Shown here: positions 21,669 through 30,977 of the stretch, in pieces
Layout: each line of letters opens with the position of its first letter
Position numbering within the stretch: position 1 is the stretch's first letter
NCBI GenBank assembly: GCA_037444405.1
Contig: JBBIML010000008.1
Coordinates: 128,001-192,000 of the forward strand
DNA from: Armatimonadota bacterium
Lineage (GTDB): Bacteria > Armatimonadota > Fimbriimonadia > Fimbriimonadales > GBS-DC
DNA length: 64,000 nucleotides
Reading direction: 5' to 3'
Translations under genes and position numbers: made by a program
Notes under the pieces: generated by a model
Seen by the model: the letters and a program-made list of their open reading frames with translations, nothing else
Told to the model about the DNA's origin: nothing
Database searches by the model: none

Positions 21669-22807
21669 TGGCTCAAATTGCACTCTTTGTGCCCAGTTTT
21701 GAGGCAGGTGGCGCCGAACGGGTGATGATTACGCTGGCGAACGCCTTTCACCAGCGTGGCATCGGAACCCGTGTTATCACAACGAAGGTGATAGAGGGCG
21801 AATACGCGAACCTGCTTCATCGGGATATGACTGTCGTTCGTCTCCGTTCAGGCACGATGTGGCGCACTGTGATACCGCTGGCACGCTATCTCCGGCACGA
21901 TCCACCCCAGGCTCTTCTCTCGACGCTGGGTGAAGCTAATATTGTCGCGGCATTAGCCCGATGGTTATCGCGTCGCCCAATACGGCTGGTGGTGCGCGAA
22001 GCCAACACACCGACAACAGCCTTCTTGCGGAACCCCTCATGGAAAAAACGGCTGACGGGGCGGCTCATCCCCTTGTTCTATCCACTGGCGGACGCGATTG
22101 TTGCCGTCTCCACTGGAGTTCAACACGACCTTGCACGCCTGCTGCCGCGCGCTCCAACCAAAATCCATGTAATCTACAATCCTGTGATTACCCCTGACTT
22201 ACACCAGCTGTGCCAGATGCCCGTGGAACACCCCTGGTTTCTGGATAGAAGCATCCCTGTGATATTGAGTGTTGGGCGGCTCTCACCACAGAAAGATTTC
22301 CCCATTCTACTTCAGGCGTTCGCTCGCGTCCGCCGTCAGGTGCCCACCCGACTGGTTATTCTCGGCGAAGGGGAACTGCGCCCCCAACTGGAACAGATGG
22401 CTGCCGAACTGGGCATCCAGAGCGATTTTGACCTGCCAGGTTTTGATCCCAATCCGTTCCGCTATATGAGTCGCGCCAGCGTCTTCGTGCTGTCGTCGCG
22501 CTATGAGGGATTGCCTAATGCGTTGATTCAGGCGATGGCATGTGGTTGCCCGGTGGTCAGCACCGATTGCGCCAGTGGACCTGCGGACATACTGGATGGT
22601 GGCAAATATGGGGAGCTGGTGCCCGTTGGTGATGCGGACGCGCTGGCGAACGCCATCCTGCGCGTGTTGCAGGGCAAGCGTAAAACCGTGCCCCCCGAAT
22701 GGCTCCAGCAGTTCGATGTCGACCGCGTGGTCGACCAGTATCTTCAAATACTAATGCCTGCCCATGCCGGTTCACAGAGTGAACCGTGGGCACGCAGAAG
22801 GGTATAA
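21668..22807 (+). CDS. Glycosyltransferase family 4
   Basis: GGAERV, VGRLSPQKDF, SSRYEGLPNALIQAMACG. Confidence 0.92.
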   Translation: MAQIALFVPSFEAGGAERVMITLANAFHQRGIGTRVITTKVIEGEYANLLHRDMTVVRLRSGTMWRTVIPLARYLRHDPPQALLSTLGEANIVAALARWLSRRPIRLVVREANTPTTAFLRNPSWKKRLTGRLIPLFYPLADAIVAVSTGVQHDLARLLPRAPTKIHVIYNPVITPDLHQLCQMPVEHPWFLDRSIPVILSVGRLSPQKDFPILLQAFARVRRQVPTRLVILGEGELRPQLEQMAAELGIQSDFDLPGFDPNPFRYMSRASVFVLSSRYEGLPNALIQAMACGCPVVSTDCASGPADILDGGKYGELVPVGDADALANAILRVLQGKRKTVPPEWLQQFDVDRVVDQYLQILMPAHAGSQSEPWARRRV

Positions 22808-22969
22808 TGAAGGATGATGGATCACCTGTCGGAGCCACAGAATTCAGGTCGAGCGGATGCGGCGACGGTCGCGATTTATCGAACACCTCATTCGCTGCGC
22901 TATCCCTCAATCGCGCTATCTCAAACTATCCTGCCTGGAACCGACGCCATCACACCCAGCAACAGCGCT

Positions 22970-23674
22970 CTAACTCGTAGAGTGCTGGACAGCGGTGCGA
23001 GGCTTGCATGCAATGATCGATTTTGGCAACCCATACCAGCGTTCAATCAAAATTTGAGCATCCGGGAAGAGGCAGCGCATCTGGCGCGGCGTTAGCAGAT
23101 GCCAGTCGGGGTCCGTATGCTTGATCCAGAACCGATTGAAAAACTGAATGAGTTTGATTTGCAAGGGGCGTGGCAAAAAGATGGCAGGCATCGGGAGCCA
23201 GGTGTGCGACTCCAGCAAAAAATACTTGTGCGGCGTCTGAACAAAATAGTGTTTCGCCAGTCGCCGAATTTCCTGGGCAAATCGCTGCTGGCTTTCAAAA
23301 GCGCGCCGGGCAAACTCGTGCCCACTGCGACAGAGATAAATCTCCGCCTTTGGAATAGTTACATGCTCAATCACGGAGGAACAGAAAACGATGTCGAAGT
23401 ACTGGTCAGGGAACAGGAGCTGACCGCTTTCCGAGATCAGCACGGTCTGGAAGCCGAACCGCTCCTCGGCTTGCTTCAGGGCTTTCGTATCGATGTCGGC
23501 AATGGTCACATTTTTGCGGAAGGGGAGAATGGAGGCGATATGGGAACCATCGCCACCGCCCAGGTCCAGAATCTTGTCGTTCTCGGTCGGCTGCAGCAGC
23601 TTGCGGAACAGCTCGCCGCGGCGCGCCCGCGCCCTTTGCGATTGACGCAGAACCGCCTGTTTGAGCCATTGCAT
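22970..23674 (-). CDS. Class I SAM-dependent methyltransferase
   Basis: ILDLGGGDG, FDIVFCSSVIEHV. Confidence 0.9.
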   Translation of the reverse strand: MQWLKQAVLRQSQRARARRGELFRKLLQPTENDKILDLGGGDGSHIASILPFRKNVTIADIDTKALKQAEERFGFQTVLISESGQLLFPDQYFDIVFCSSVIEHVTIPKAEIYLCRSGHEFARRAFESQQRFAQEIRRLAKHYFVQTPHKYFLLESHTWLPMPAIFLPRPLQIKLIQFFNRFWIKHTDPDWHLLTPRQMRCLFPDAQILIERWYGLPKSIIACKPRTAVQHSTS

Positions 23675-23691
23675 GGCTTTGATTGTACCTC

Positions 23692-24705
23692 TTAGCCCCG
23701 TCGGTAAGCCACGATTCGAAAGCCGCGCGCCCAGCGAAGGGTGAGCGGCGTGAGTTTCATTCCTATCCAGTTCGCCATCCGCACCAGCGGGTTGCCACCC
23801 GCCCCACCAAAGTAGGCATAGGCGCGTGCCCGAAACCCGAACGACTCAATATCGCGTGCCAGCTGCAGGGGGTGAAAGAGGCGCTCCATCACCGCCCCGC
23901 TTTGCGGATTGACCGGGCAGGTGCCCGGCTGATAGAAGGAGCTGGGCAATTCGCCAGTGGCAAGGTAGCGTTCCACCGCCTGCAGAATCTCTTCGCGGGT
24001 GAGATAACTGGTGCGTCGCGCCAGCTCCTGAACCTGCTCCGGCTCTAAATCGGGATACGCCTGCTGGATGATCTCTGTCCGCATCGCCACATAGGGCACT
24101 TTCATCTGATGACCCTCTACTTCACCTGGGGGACCGTTCTCAAAGCGCGCCCAGAGCTGATGGGTGTGGCGGGTGATACGGGGGTTCGCGCCGTTGTTCC
24201 CGTCGGCAATCAGCAGCACACCGCCTGGCTTGAGAACACGCGCCGCCTCGCGCAGGAACGCTTCCACATCAGCATAGTGCGAGATAGCCTCATTGGACAG
24301 CACCAGATCAAAGTAGCCATCAGGAAAGCCCGTGCAATTAACGGAGGCGAGCTTTGCCTGCACCGCGTTCAGCTGGAAATCCTCAATCATCTTCTGAAAG
24401 GTGGTCAGGCGGCTTTCCATGATGTCGATGCCGTGAATCTCACGCGCGCCCATCAGATGCAGGATGATGGCGAGCGCCCCGAAGCCGCAACCGGCGTCCA
24501 GAACCACTTTATCGGCGGGATCGAACCGCGCCAGGCGACACAGATCATACACAAAGCGGGTACGGGTCGCGCTACCCGTGGGCGTCCGCAGATGACCATA
24601 ATACCGCCACAGCTCCGCATCGTACCGCTCGCGATTGCGTTCGTTGAGAGCCTCCGCATAAATCGCCTGTAAGCGTGATTGCACTTCTTTGAAATCTACG
24701 CGCAT
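23692..24705 (-). CDS. Class I SAM-dependent methyltransferase
   Basis: VLDAGCGFG, FDLVLSNEAISH, RVLKPGG. Confidence 0.9.
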   Translation of the reverse strand: MRVDFKEVQSRLQAIYAEALNERNRERYDAELWRYYGHLRTPTGSATRTRFVYDLCRLARFDPADKVVLDAGCGFGALAIILHLMGAREIHGIDIMESRLTTFQKMIEDFQLNAVQAKLASVNCTGFPDGYFDLVLSNEAISHYADVEAFLREAARVLKPGGVLLIADGNNGANPRITRHTHQLWARFENGPPGEVEGHQMKVPYVAMRTEIIQQAYPDLEPEQVQELARRTSYLTREEILQAVERYLATGELPSSFYQPGTCPVNPQSGAVMERLFHPLQLARDIESFGFRARAYAYFGGAGGNPLVRMANWIGMKLTPLTLRWARGFRIVAYRRG

Positions 24706-24807
24706 CGTCTTATCCTCCAGGGTTTGGGACTGCCTTTTTGTTTCGCTCTATTGGGTGAATCTCCTGCATCCCTTTCACCGAGTTGTCTCGGGTACAATCC
24801 CTTTCCG

Positions 24808-26739
24808 ATGAGCAACTGGCGGTGGAAGGTGAGGCGGCTGCGGGCGATGAGCCTCGATGAAATTGCAACGCGCGCCTACCGCACCCTGCAGGAGCGCTTC
24901 ACGCCCCTGCCCAAAGAGCCACCCGAAGCGACCTGGCAGCGCTACGGCTTCGACACGCATCCGTGGCTGGAGATGCTGGCGAGTCGGCTGCCCCTGCACC
25001 CCAACGCCGTCTCTCATCACGAGTGTGAGCGACTGATTGCCGAAGCGGATGCCCTTCTGCAGGGCAGATGGACGCTCTTCGGCTACCCCGTGCAGTTAGA
25101 CGACCCACCGCGCTGGAACCGCAACTATCTGCTGGGCAAGGACTGGATAGAAGCCCCCGCGAAGCATATCGATTACCGCCGAATCGATATCGCCGGCGGT
25201 GTGAAGTATGTGTGGGAGCTGTCGCGCCATCAACCTCTGCTGCGGCTGGCGCAGGCGTATGCCCTCACAGGCGACCCGCGCTACGCCGAGAAGTGCCTCG
25301 CGTGGTGGCTGGACTGGATTGAGCGCAACCCGCGCGGCTGGGGTATCCACTGGACGAGCGCGCTGGAGCATGCAATTCGCGCGCTGGCCTGGCTCCACTG
25401 CCTGCGCCTGTTGAGGGATTACCCCCCGCTGAAATCAGCTCTCCCCCAACTGGGTGGTGCGCTGATTCAGCACGGCGAGTTTATAGAGCGCCATCTGTCG
25501 CCTGGTTCGTCGGCGAATAACCATCTGATTGGCGAGGTCGCAGCGCTGGCGGTGCTGGGGAGCCTGCTGCCAGAGAGTCGGCTTTCACAGTGCTGGCAAT
25601 CGGTCGGCTATCGCACGCTGGAGCGCGAGGCGTTGCGCCAGTTCTATCCCGATGGGGTCAATGCCGAGCAGGCGTTCGGCTATCTGCCGTTTGTGTGGGA
25701 GTTCTATCTGCACGCCTATCGGCTGTGTCCGATGCCTGAGTCGGTGCGGCAGCGACTGCGGCACAGTATCGAGTTCGTGCGGAACGTGATGGACGCTTCA
25801 GGCTATGTGCCGCAGGTCGGCGACGAGGACGACGGCGCGGTTGTGCCTCTCTGGAGCGGTGGGGCGAATCGATACTGTGTAGTGGGGCGGACGCTGGCGG
25901 TTTTGCTTGGTTGCGAGCCGCCCCCTGCTTATAGCGAAGCCGACGACTCGCTGGCGTGCTGGCTGTTTGGCTCGCCTGCGCCCGCAGGTTCGCGCCTGAC
26001 CGAATCGCGTGTCTATCCTGATGGCGGCTATGTGGTGTTGCACAGCCCACGCTGGCAGGTGCTGTTCGACGCGGGTCCGCTGGGGCTGGGCAGTCTGGCG
26101 GCGCACGGGCACGCCGACGCGCTGTCGGTATGGGCATCACTGGATGGCAAGCCGCTGCTCATCGACACGGGCACCTGCGCCTATCACGAGGAACCAGCAT
26201 GGCGCGACCATTTTCGGGGCACGGCGGCGCACAACACCGTGCAGATGGATACTCGCAACCAGTCAGAGATTCTGGGTCCGTTTCTGTGGGGGCGCAAGGC
26301 AGACGCTTACTTCGAACGCCTTGATCTGGAAGCGGGTGCTGTCGAGGGAACTCATGAAGGCTATGCCCCCAACTTTCACACACGCGCGGTAAGCGTGCAG
26401 GGGAAGGTAATGGAAGTGCATGATACTTTCATGCTGGACATGGGTGCCTGGATCACCTGGCACTGGCACTTCCATCCGTGCTGGACGGTTCAGCCTGCAG
26501 AAAGTGGCTGGCTGATTTCGGATGGCGAGATGGAGTGCCGGCTCACAGTGGAGGGGCTACCTGCTAACGCTGAGGTTGCCGTTGTTCGCGGGGAGGGCGA
26601 TTCGCCTGGTTTGGGCTGGTATTCACCGCGCTTCGGGCATCGCGTGCCCTGCACCACTGTGCGCGTCTGTTGCCTCATGGAAGCCGCCGCGCCTCATAAG
26701 CCACGAATTAGCTGGAGATTTGAAACACGCCAGCATTAG
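24808..26739 (+). CDS. Heparinase II/III-family protein
   Basis: KYVWELSRHQ, SSANNHL, GDEDDG, AHGHADALS, DTGT..Y, HFRGTAAHNTV; ATG 9 nt after GGGTACAAT. Confidence 0.9.
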   Translation: MSNWRWKVRRLRAMSLDEIATRAYRTLQERFTPLPKEPPEATWQRYGFDTHPWLEMLASRLPLHPNAVSHHECERLIAEADALLQGRWTLFGYPVQLDDPPRWNRNYLLGKDWIEAPAKHIDYRRIDIAGGVKYVWELSRHQPLLRLAQAYALTGDPRYAEKCLAWWLDWIERNPRGWGIHWTSALEHAIRALAWLHCLRLLRDYPPLKSALPQLGGALIQHGEFIERHLSPGSSANNHLIGEVAALAVLGSLLPESRLSQCWQSVGYRTLEREALRQFYPDGVNAEQAFGYLPFVWEFYLHAYRLCPMPESVRQRLRHSIEFVRNVMDASGYVPQVGDEDDGAVVPLWSGGANRYCVVGRTLAVLLGCEPPPAYSEADDSLACWLFGSPAPAGSRLTESRVYPDGGYVVLHSPRWQVLFDAGPLGLGSLAAHGHADALSVWASLDGKPLLIDTGTCAYHEEPAWRDHFRGTAAHNTVQMDTRNQSEILGPFLWGRKADAYFERLDLEAGAVEGTHEGYAPNFHTRAVSVQGKVMEVHDTFMLDMGAWITWHWHFHPCWTVQPAESGWLISDGEMECRLTVEGLPANAEVAVVRGEGDSPGLGWYSPRFGHRVPCTTVRVCCLMEAAAPHKPRISWRFETRQH

Positions 26740-26810
26740 TCGCTCCGGGATCGCTTCTCGATCACGAGGATATAGTCAGTGCGCTCGCAATAGCGGAAGT
26801 GCTGGCGCGG

Positions 26811-26852
26811 CAGCGAGCATGGGAGCAGGTTGGTGCTTCCCCATGCTCGCTG
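26811..26852. terminator. Hairpin between convergent rplL and heparinase genes
   Basis: CAGCGAGCATGGGAGCA...TGCTTCCCCATGCTCGCTG inverted repeat; no clear U-tract. Confidence 0.55.
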
Positions 26853-26867
26853 GAAGGTGGATGGAGT

Positions 26868-27266
26868 TTACTTGATTTCGACCTTCGCGCCGACCTCTTC
26901 CAGTTTGCGCTTGATCTCTTCGGCTTCCTCTTTGCTGACACCCTGCTTGACAGGCTGGGGAGCGCCATCCACGAGGTCTTTGGCTTCCTTGAGACCGAGC
27001 TGGGTGACCTCGCGCACGACGCGCACCACCTGCAGCTTCTGGTCGCCCGCACTGGTGAGGATGACATCGAAGGCGGTTTTCTCTTCAGCGGGGGCGGCTT
27101 CGGCGGGTGCGCCGGGCGCCATCATGCCGGGCATCGCAGCGACCGCGATGGGCGCGGCAGCCGACACGCCGTACTTCTCCTGCAACGCTTTGACCAGCTC
27201 GTTCAGCTCCAGCACGGTCATCTCATCGATCGCCTGAATAATCTCTTCAGCGGTCAGTTTTGCCAT
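26868..27266 (-). CDS. rplL: 50S ribosomal protein L7/L12
   Basis: [39 protein letters not shown]. Confidence 0.98.
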   Translation of the reverse strand: MAKLTAEEIIQAIDEMTVLELNELVKALQEKYGVSAAAPIAVAAMPGMMAPGAPAEAAPAEEKTAFDVILTSAGDQKLQVVRVVREVTQLGLKEAKDLVDGAPQPVKQGVSKEEAEEIKRKLEEVGAKVEIK

Positions 27267-27290
27267 GGGTCTCGCCTCCTTCGTTTGGGT

Positions 27291-27812
27291 TCAGGCTTGC
27301 GCCTTCTTATCGGCAACGGCTTGCAGTGTGCGCACGAACTGCCCGATCAGCTCGGAGAGGGTGCCAACCAGCCCGCTGATAGGCGATTGCATTGCGCCGA
27401 GCAGCTGCGCCAGCATCACTTCGCGCGGGGGCAGTTTCGCCAGCTCCTCCACCGCGCTGGCAGGGTAGACCCGCTGACCCAGCACGAGCGCCTTCACCTC
27501 CGATTTGCGCACCTGCTTGATGAACTCGACCAGCACCTTCGCGGCGGCTGCTTCGTCGCCCTGAATGAAGGCGACCGCCGTCGGTCCGAACAGGTACGGT
27601 TCCAGTTCGGGCGGCAGGTTGCCATCGGCAGCGCGCCGATAGAGCGTGTTTTTGACCACATGCAGGTCAGCGCCCACCGCTCGCAGCTGACGGCGCAGGT
27701 CGGTAATCTCGCGCACGGTTAGCCCGCGATAGTCGGTCAGAATCTGCCCGCGCGCCCGATTGAGCCATTGCCGAATCTGTTCCACCTGTGCCACCTTTTT
27801 GGGAGATGGCAT
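27291..27812 (-). CDS. rplJ: 50S ribosomal protein L10
   Basis: DYRGLTV, VVKNTL, LFGPTA, LAKLPPRE; AGGAGGTG RBS. Confidence 0.97.
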   Translation of the reverse strand: MPSPKKVAQVEQIRQWLNRARGQILTDYRGLTVREITDLRRQLRAVGADLHVVKNTLYRRAADGNLPPELEPYLFGPTAVAFIQGDEAAAAKVLVEFIKQVRKSEVKALVLGQRVYPASAVEELAKLPPREVMLAQLLGAMQSPISGLVGTLSELIGQFVRTLQAVADKKAQA

Positions 27813-27834
27813 CCGCTTCACCTCCTGTTATTAA

Positions 27835-28010
27835 ATGCGAAAAGCGAGCCGTGCAGACCAGCAGGCTCGCACAACGATCCGATGGTGCCAGTCGCGGCGG
27901 CGCGAACGCCTCTTGCGACCGACATCCAGACCCCTTGCGCATCCCTCGGCAGGCGAGCCGAATGCTCGGATTATGCCCGCGAAGCGGGACACCTGCTGTC
28001 TGCGGTTATC
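27835..28010 (-). promoter_or_regulatory. Ribosomal protein L10 leader (autoregulatory RNA) with attenuator-like hairpin
   Basis: CCGCAGACAGCAGG...TAA...CCTGCCGAGG core (28005-27944), then GCGAGCC...GGCTCGC-TTTT upstream of rplJ. Confidence 0.8.
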
Positions 28011-28116
28011 GCAGAGACTATTATACCCGCTCTGACACCGAAATCAAGCCCTTTCATTCAGAGGGGACTTGCAAAACGCGCAATATGGGGTATAATAGCT
28101 TGTGGAGGTACACGCA

Positions 28117-28629
28117 ATGAGAAACTGGGTTCTGCCAGGGCTGTTGTTCGGAGTGGCACTGCTGCTGCTGTTCGTGGCGCCCGCTGGAGCAGAGCTGCGC
28201 GTGCGCCAGAAGCTGCCCGAAATGACCCTCACCGACCTCAAGGGCAACACGGTGAAACTCGGCGGCAAGCAGGATAAAGTGTACCTGATCGACTTCTGGG
28301 CGACCTGGTGCGGTCCCTGCCGCGCCGCCATCCCCTTCCTGCAGGAGCTGCACGATAAATACTCCAAGCGCGGGCTGGTGGTCGTCGGCATCGCGCTCGA
28401 CTCTGGCTCCGAAGCGGAGGTGCGCGCCTTCGTGGAACATAACGAGATAACCTACACCATCTGCGTGCCCAAAAACGAGGCAGAGGTTCAGCGCAAATAT
28501 CGCATCAATGGCTACCCCACGATGTATATTGTGGACAAGAAGGGCGTTATCCGCTATGTGGGTGTGGGCTACTCCGAAGAGGAAGAGGAAGTCATCCTCA
28601 AGGTGATTGCTGACACGCTGGCAGAGTGA
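28117..28629 (+). CDS. TlpA/ResA-like thiol-disulfide oxidoreductase
   Basis: DFWATWCGPC, GYPT; signal peptide. Confidence 0.92.
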   Translation: MRNWVLPGLLFGVALLLLFVAPAGAELRVRQKLPEMTLTDLKGNTVKLGGKQDKVYLIDFWATWCGPCRAAIPFLQELHDKYSKRGLVVVGIALDSGSEAEVRAFVEHNEITYTICVPKNEAEVQRKYRINGYPTMYIVDKKGVIRYVGVGYSEEEEEVILKVIADTLAE

Positions 28630-28636
28630 ACGAATC

Positions 28637-30958
28637 ATGGAGGACGGTGAACGGCGGCTGCCGCAACCTGTCGTTGCGGTCGTTCGACAGCGGCTGGGTG
28701 CATCGGCGGTCGTTGAGTTTGGATTTGCATCTGATCTGACGCCTGAAGGGCGCTTCGGGGAGACATGGCTGGTGCTGGCGTACCCGTCTGAGCAGCAGCT
28801 CGGCTCCCTGCAAGACGCCTTACTGCTGGTTATCGGCGTCCAGCATGCTCTGATTGCGAACAGCACCAGCGCACGCCTGCCCTGGTTGCGCCGCGACAAG
28901 CCCTCCGATGAAGAAGAGACCCGCACCCTTCTTTATCTTGACCTGCCGCTGGCTCAGGTCGAATCGGTGCGCATCACGCAGCTGGTGGGCGCGTCCGCGC
29001 TGGAGGTGGTGCTGCCTGATCAGCGGGTCATCGAACTGATCCGATTCAGCCATGCGCTCACCAATCTGTTCGGGCAGGTCAAGACGCGGCTGGAGGCGAT
29101 GCTCAATCATGAGGAGCCGCCCCCGTTCGAGAAAAAGCAGTCGGTGTGCGAGCGGTGCGGGCGCCCCATCCCCGACGACTCGCTGTCGTGCCCTGCGTGC
29201 CGCTCGCAGAAACAGGTGCTGGTGCGCCTGATGCTGCTTGTGCGACCCTACTGGCGCTATATGGCGCTCGCCAGCCTCCTGGCGATGCTCAGCGCCGCCG
29301 TTGAGCTGACCCCGCCTTATCTGACCAAAGTGCTGATCGACGAGGTGCTGGTACCCCGCGCGAACGCGCAGCTGTTCGTGTGGCTGCTGCTGGGACTGGT
29401 GGGATTGCGCCTGCTGGGGACAGGCATCAACATTGCGCGCGGGCGGCTCAACGCCTGGCTGGGCAGTCGCATCGCGTTCGAACTGCGCTCGAAACTGTTT
29501 GAGCACCTGCAGTGGCTCTCGCTCAGCTATTTCGATCGGCGTCAGACGGGCGCGATCATGAGCCGCGTGACGCGCGACACCGATGCCCTCTACGACTTCC
29601 TGGTCAACAGCGCGCCCACCATCACGCTCAACCTGCTGATGGTGCTGGGCATCGGCACGGTGATGGTGCTGATGGACTGGCAGCTGAGCCTGCTGGTGCT
29701 GGTGCCCGCGCCGCTGATTGTGATGCTCTCGCGCCATGCATGGCAGCGCGTGATCCGCATCTGGCGACGGCACTGGTATCGCTGGTCGCGCCTGACCGCG
29801 CACTTAGGTGGCACGCTCTCAGGCATTCGCGAGGTCAAAGCCTTCACGCAGGAAGAGCGCGAAATCAGCGCTTTCAATCGGCGCAACTTCGAAATCGCCG
29901 AATCGGGTGAGATGGCGGGCAAAATCAACGCCAGCGTCTTCCCGCTCATCTCCTTCCTGGTGATGTCCAGCTCCTTCGTCATCTGGTATGTGGGCGGGCG
30001 CGGCGTGCTGAACGGCACCTTCGAACTGGGCACGCTGGTCGCCTTCCTCGCCTACATCGGCATGCTGTTCGGACCGCTGAGCATCATCACCAACATCATG
30101 GACTGGGCGTCGCGCACCGTGACGGCAGCCGAGCGCGTGTTCGAACTGCTCGACACCGAGCCCGAAGTGCGCGACCGACCCGACGCAAAGCCGCTGCCCG
30201 AAGTCAAAGGCGAGATTATCTTTGAGGATGTTACCTTCGGCTACGAGAAGTATCATCCCGTGTTGCACGACATCAATCTACACATTCGCCCTGGCGAGAT
30301 GATCGGGCTGGTGGGTCCGTCGGGCGCAGGCAAAAGCACGCTGATCAATCTGGTGTGCCGCTTCTACGACCCCACGCGCGGGCGGATACTGATCGACGGG
30401 CACGACCTGCGCGAGGTGCGCATGCGCGATCTGCGGCGACATATCGGCGTGGTGCTGCAGGACACCTTCCTCTTTCCGGGCACGATTCGGGACAACATCG
30501 CCTACGCGCGTCCCGAAGCCACCCAGGAAGAGATTATCGCCGCCGCCAAAGCCGCTAATGCGCACGATTTCATCATGCGCTTCCCCGATGGCTACGATAC
30601 ATGGGTGGGCGAGCGGGGGCACCGGCTGTCGGGCGGCGAGCGCCAGCGCATCGCGATTGCCCGCGCCATCCTGCGCAACCCCAAAATCCTCATTCTGGAC
30701 GAGGCGACCGCCTCTGTGGACACCGAGACCGAACGCCTCATCCAGGAAGCGCTGGAGCGGCTCGTGCAGAACCGCACTACCATCGCGATTGCGCACCGAC
30801 TCAGCACCCTGCGCAACGCCGACCGACTGGTAGTGCTGGAGCGGGGACGCATCGTGGAGACGGGCACGCATGACGACCTGATAGAAAAGGGTGGCGTGTA
30901 CCATCGCCTTGTCACGATGCAGATGGAGCTGAGCAAATCGCGCCTGTTTGTGGGCTAA
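28637..30958 (+). CDS. ABC exporter (fused TM and ATPase domains) with N-terminal extension and zinc ribbon
   Basis: GPSGAGKST, LSGGERQR, ILDEATAS, IAHRLST; CERC...CPAC precedes the TM domain. Confidence 0.92.
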   Translation: MEDGERRLPQPVVAVVRQRLGASAVVEFGFASDLTPEGRFGETWLVLAYPSEQQLGSLQDALLLVIGVQHALIANSTSARLPWLRRDKPSDEEETRTLLYLDLPLAQVESVRITQLVGASALEVVLPDQRVIELIRFSHALTNLFGQVKTRLEAMLNHEEPPPFEKKQSVCERCGRPIPDDSLSCPACRSQKQVLVRLMLLVRPYWRYMALASLLAMLSAAVELTPPYLTKVLIDEVLVPRANAQLFVWLLLGLVGLRLLGTGINIARGRLNAWLGSRIAFELRSKLFEHLQWLSLSYFDRRQTGAIMSRVTRDTDALYDFLVNSAPTITLNLLMVLGIGTVMVLMDWQLSLLVLVPAPLIVMLSRHAWQRVIRIWRRHWYRWSRLTAHLGGTLSGIREVKAFTQEEREISAFNRRNFEIAESGEMAGKINASVFPLISFLVMSSSFVIWYVGGRGVLNGTFELGTLVAFLAYIGMLFGPLSIITNIMDWASRTVTAAERVFELLDTEPEVRDRPDAKPLPEVKGEIIFEDVTFGYEKYHPVLHDINLHIRPGEMIGLVGPSGAGKSTLINLVCRFYDPTRGRILIDGHDLREVRMRDLRRHIGVVLQDTFLFPGTIRDNIAYARPEATQEEIIAAAKAANAHDFIMRFPDGYDTWVGERGHRLSGGERQRIAIARAILRNPKILILDEATASVDTETERLIQEALERLVQNRTTIAIAHRLSTLRNADRLVVLERGRIVETGTHDDLIEKGGVYHRLVTMQMELSKSRLFVG

Positions 30959-30977
30959 GAGGAGGTATCCTCAAGGC

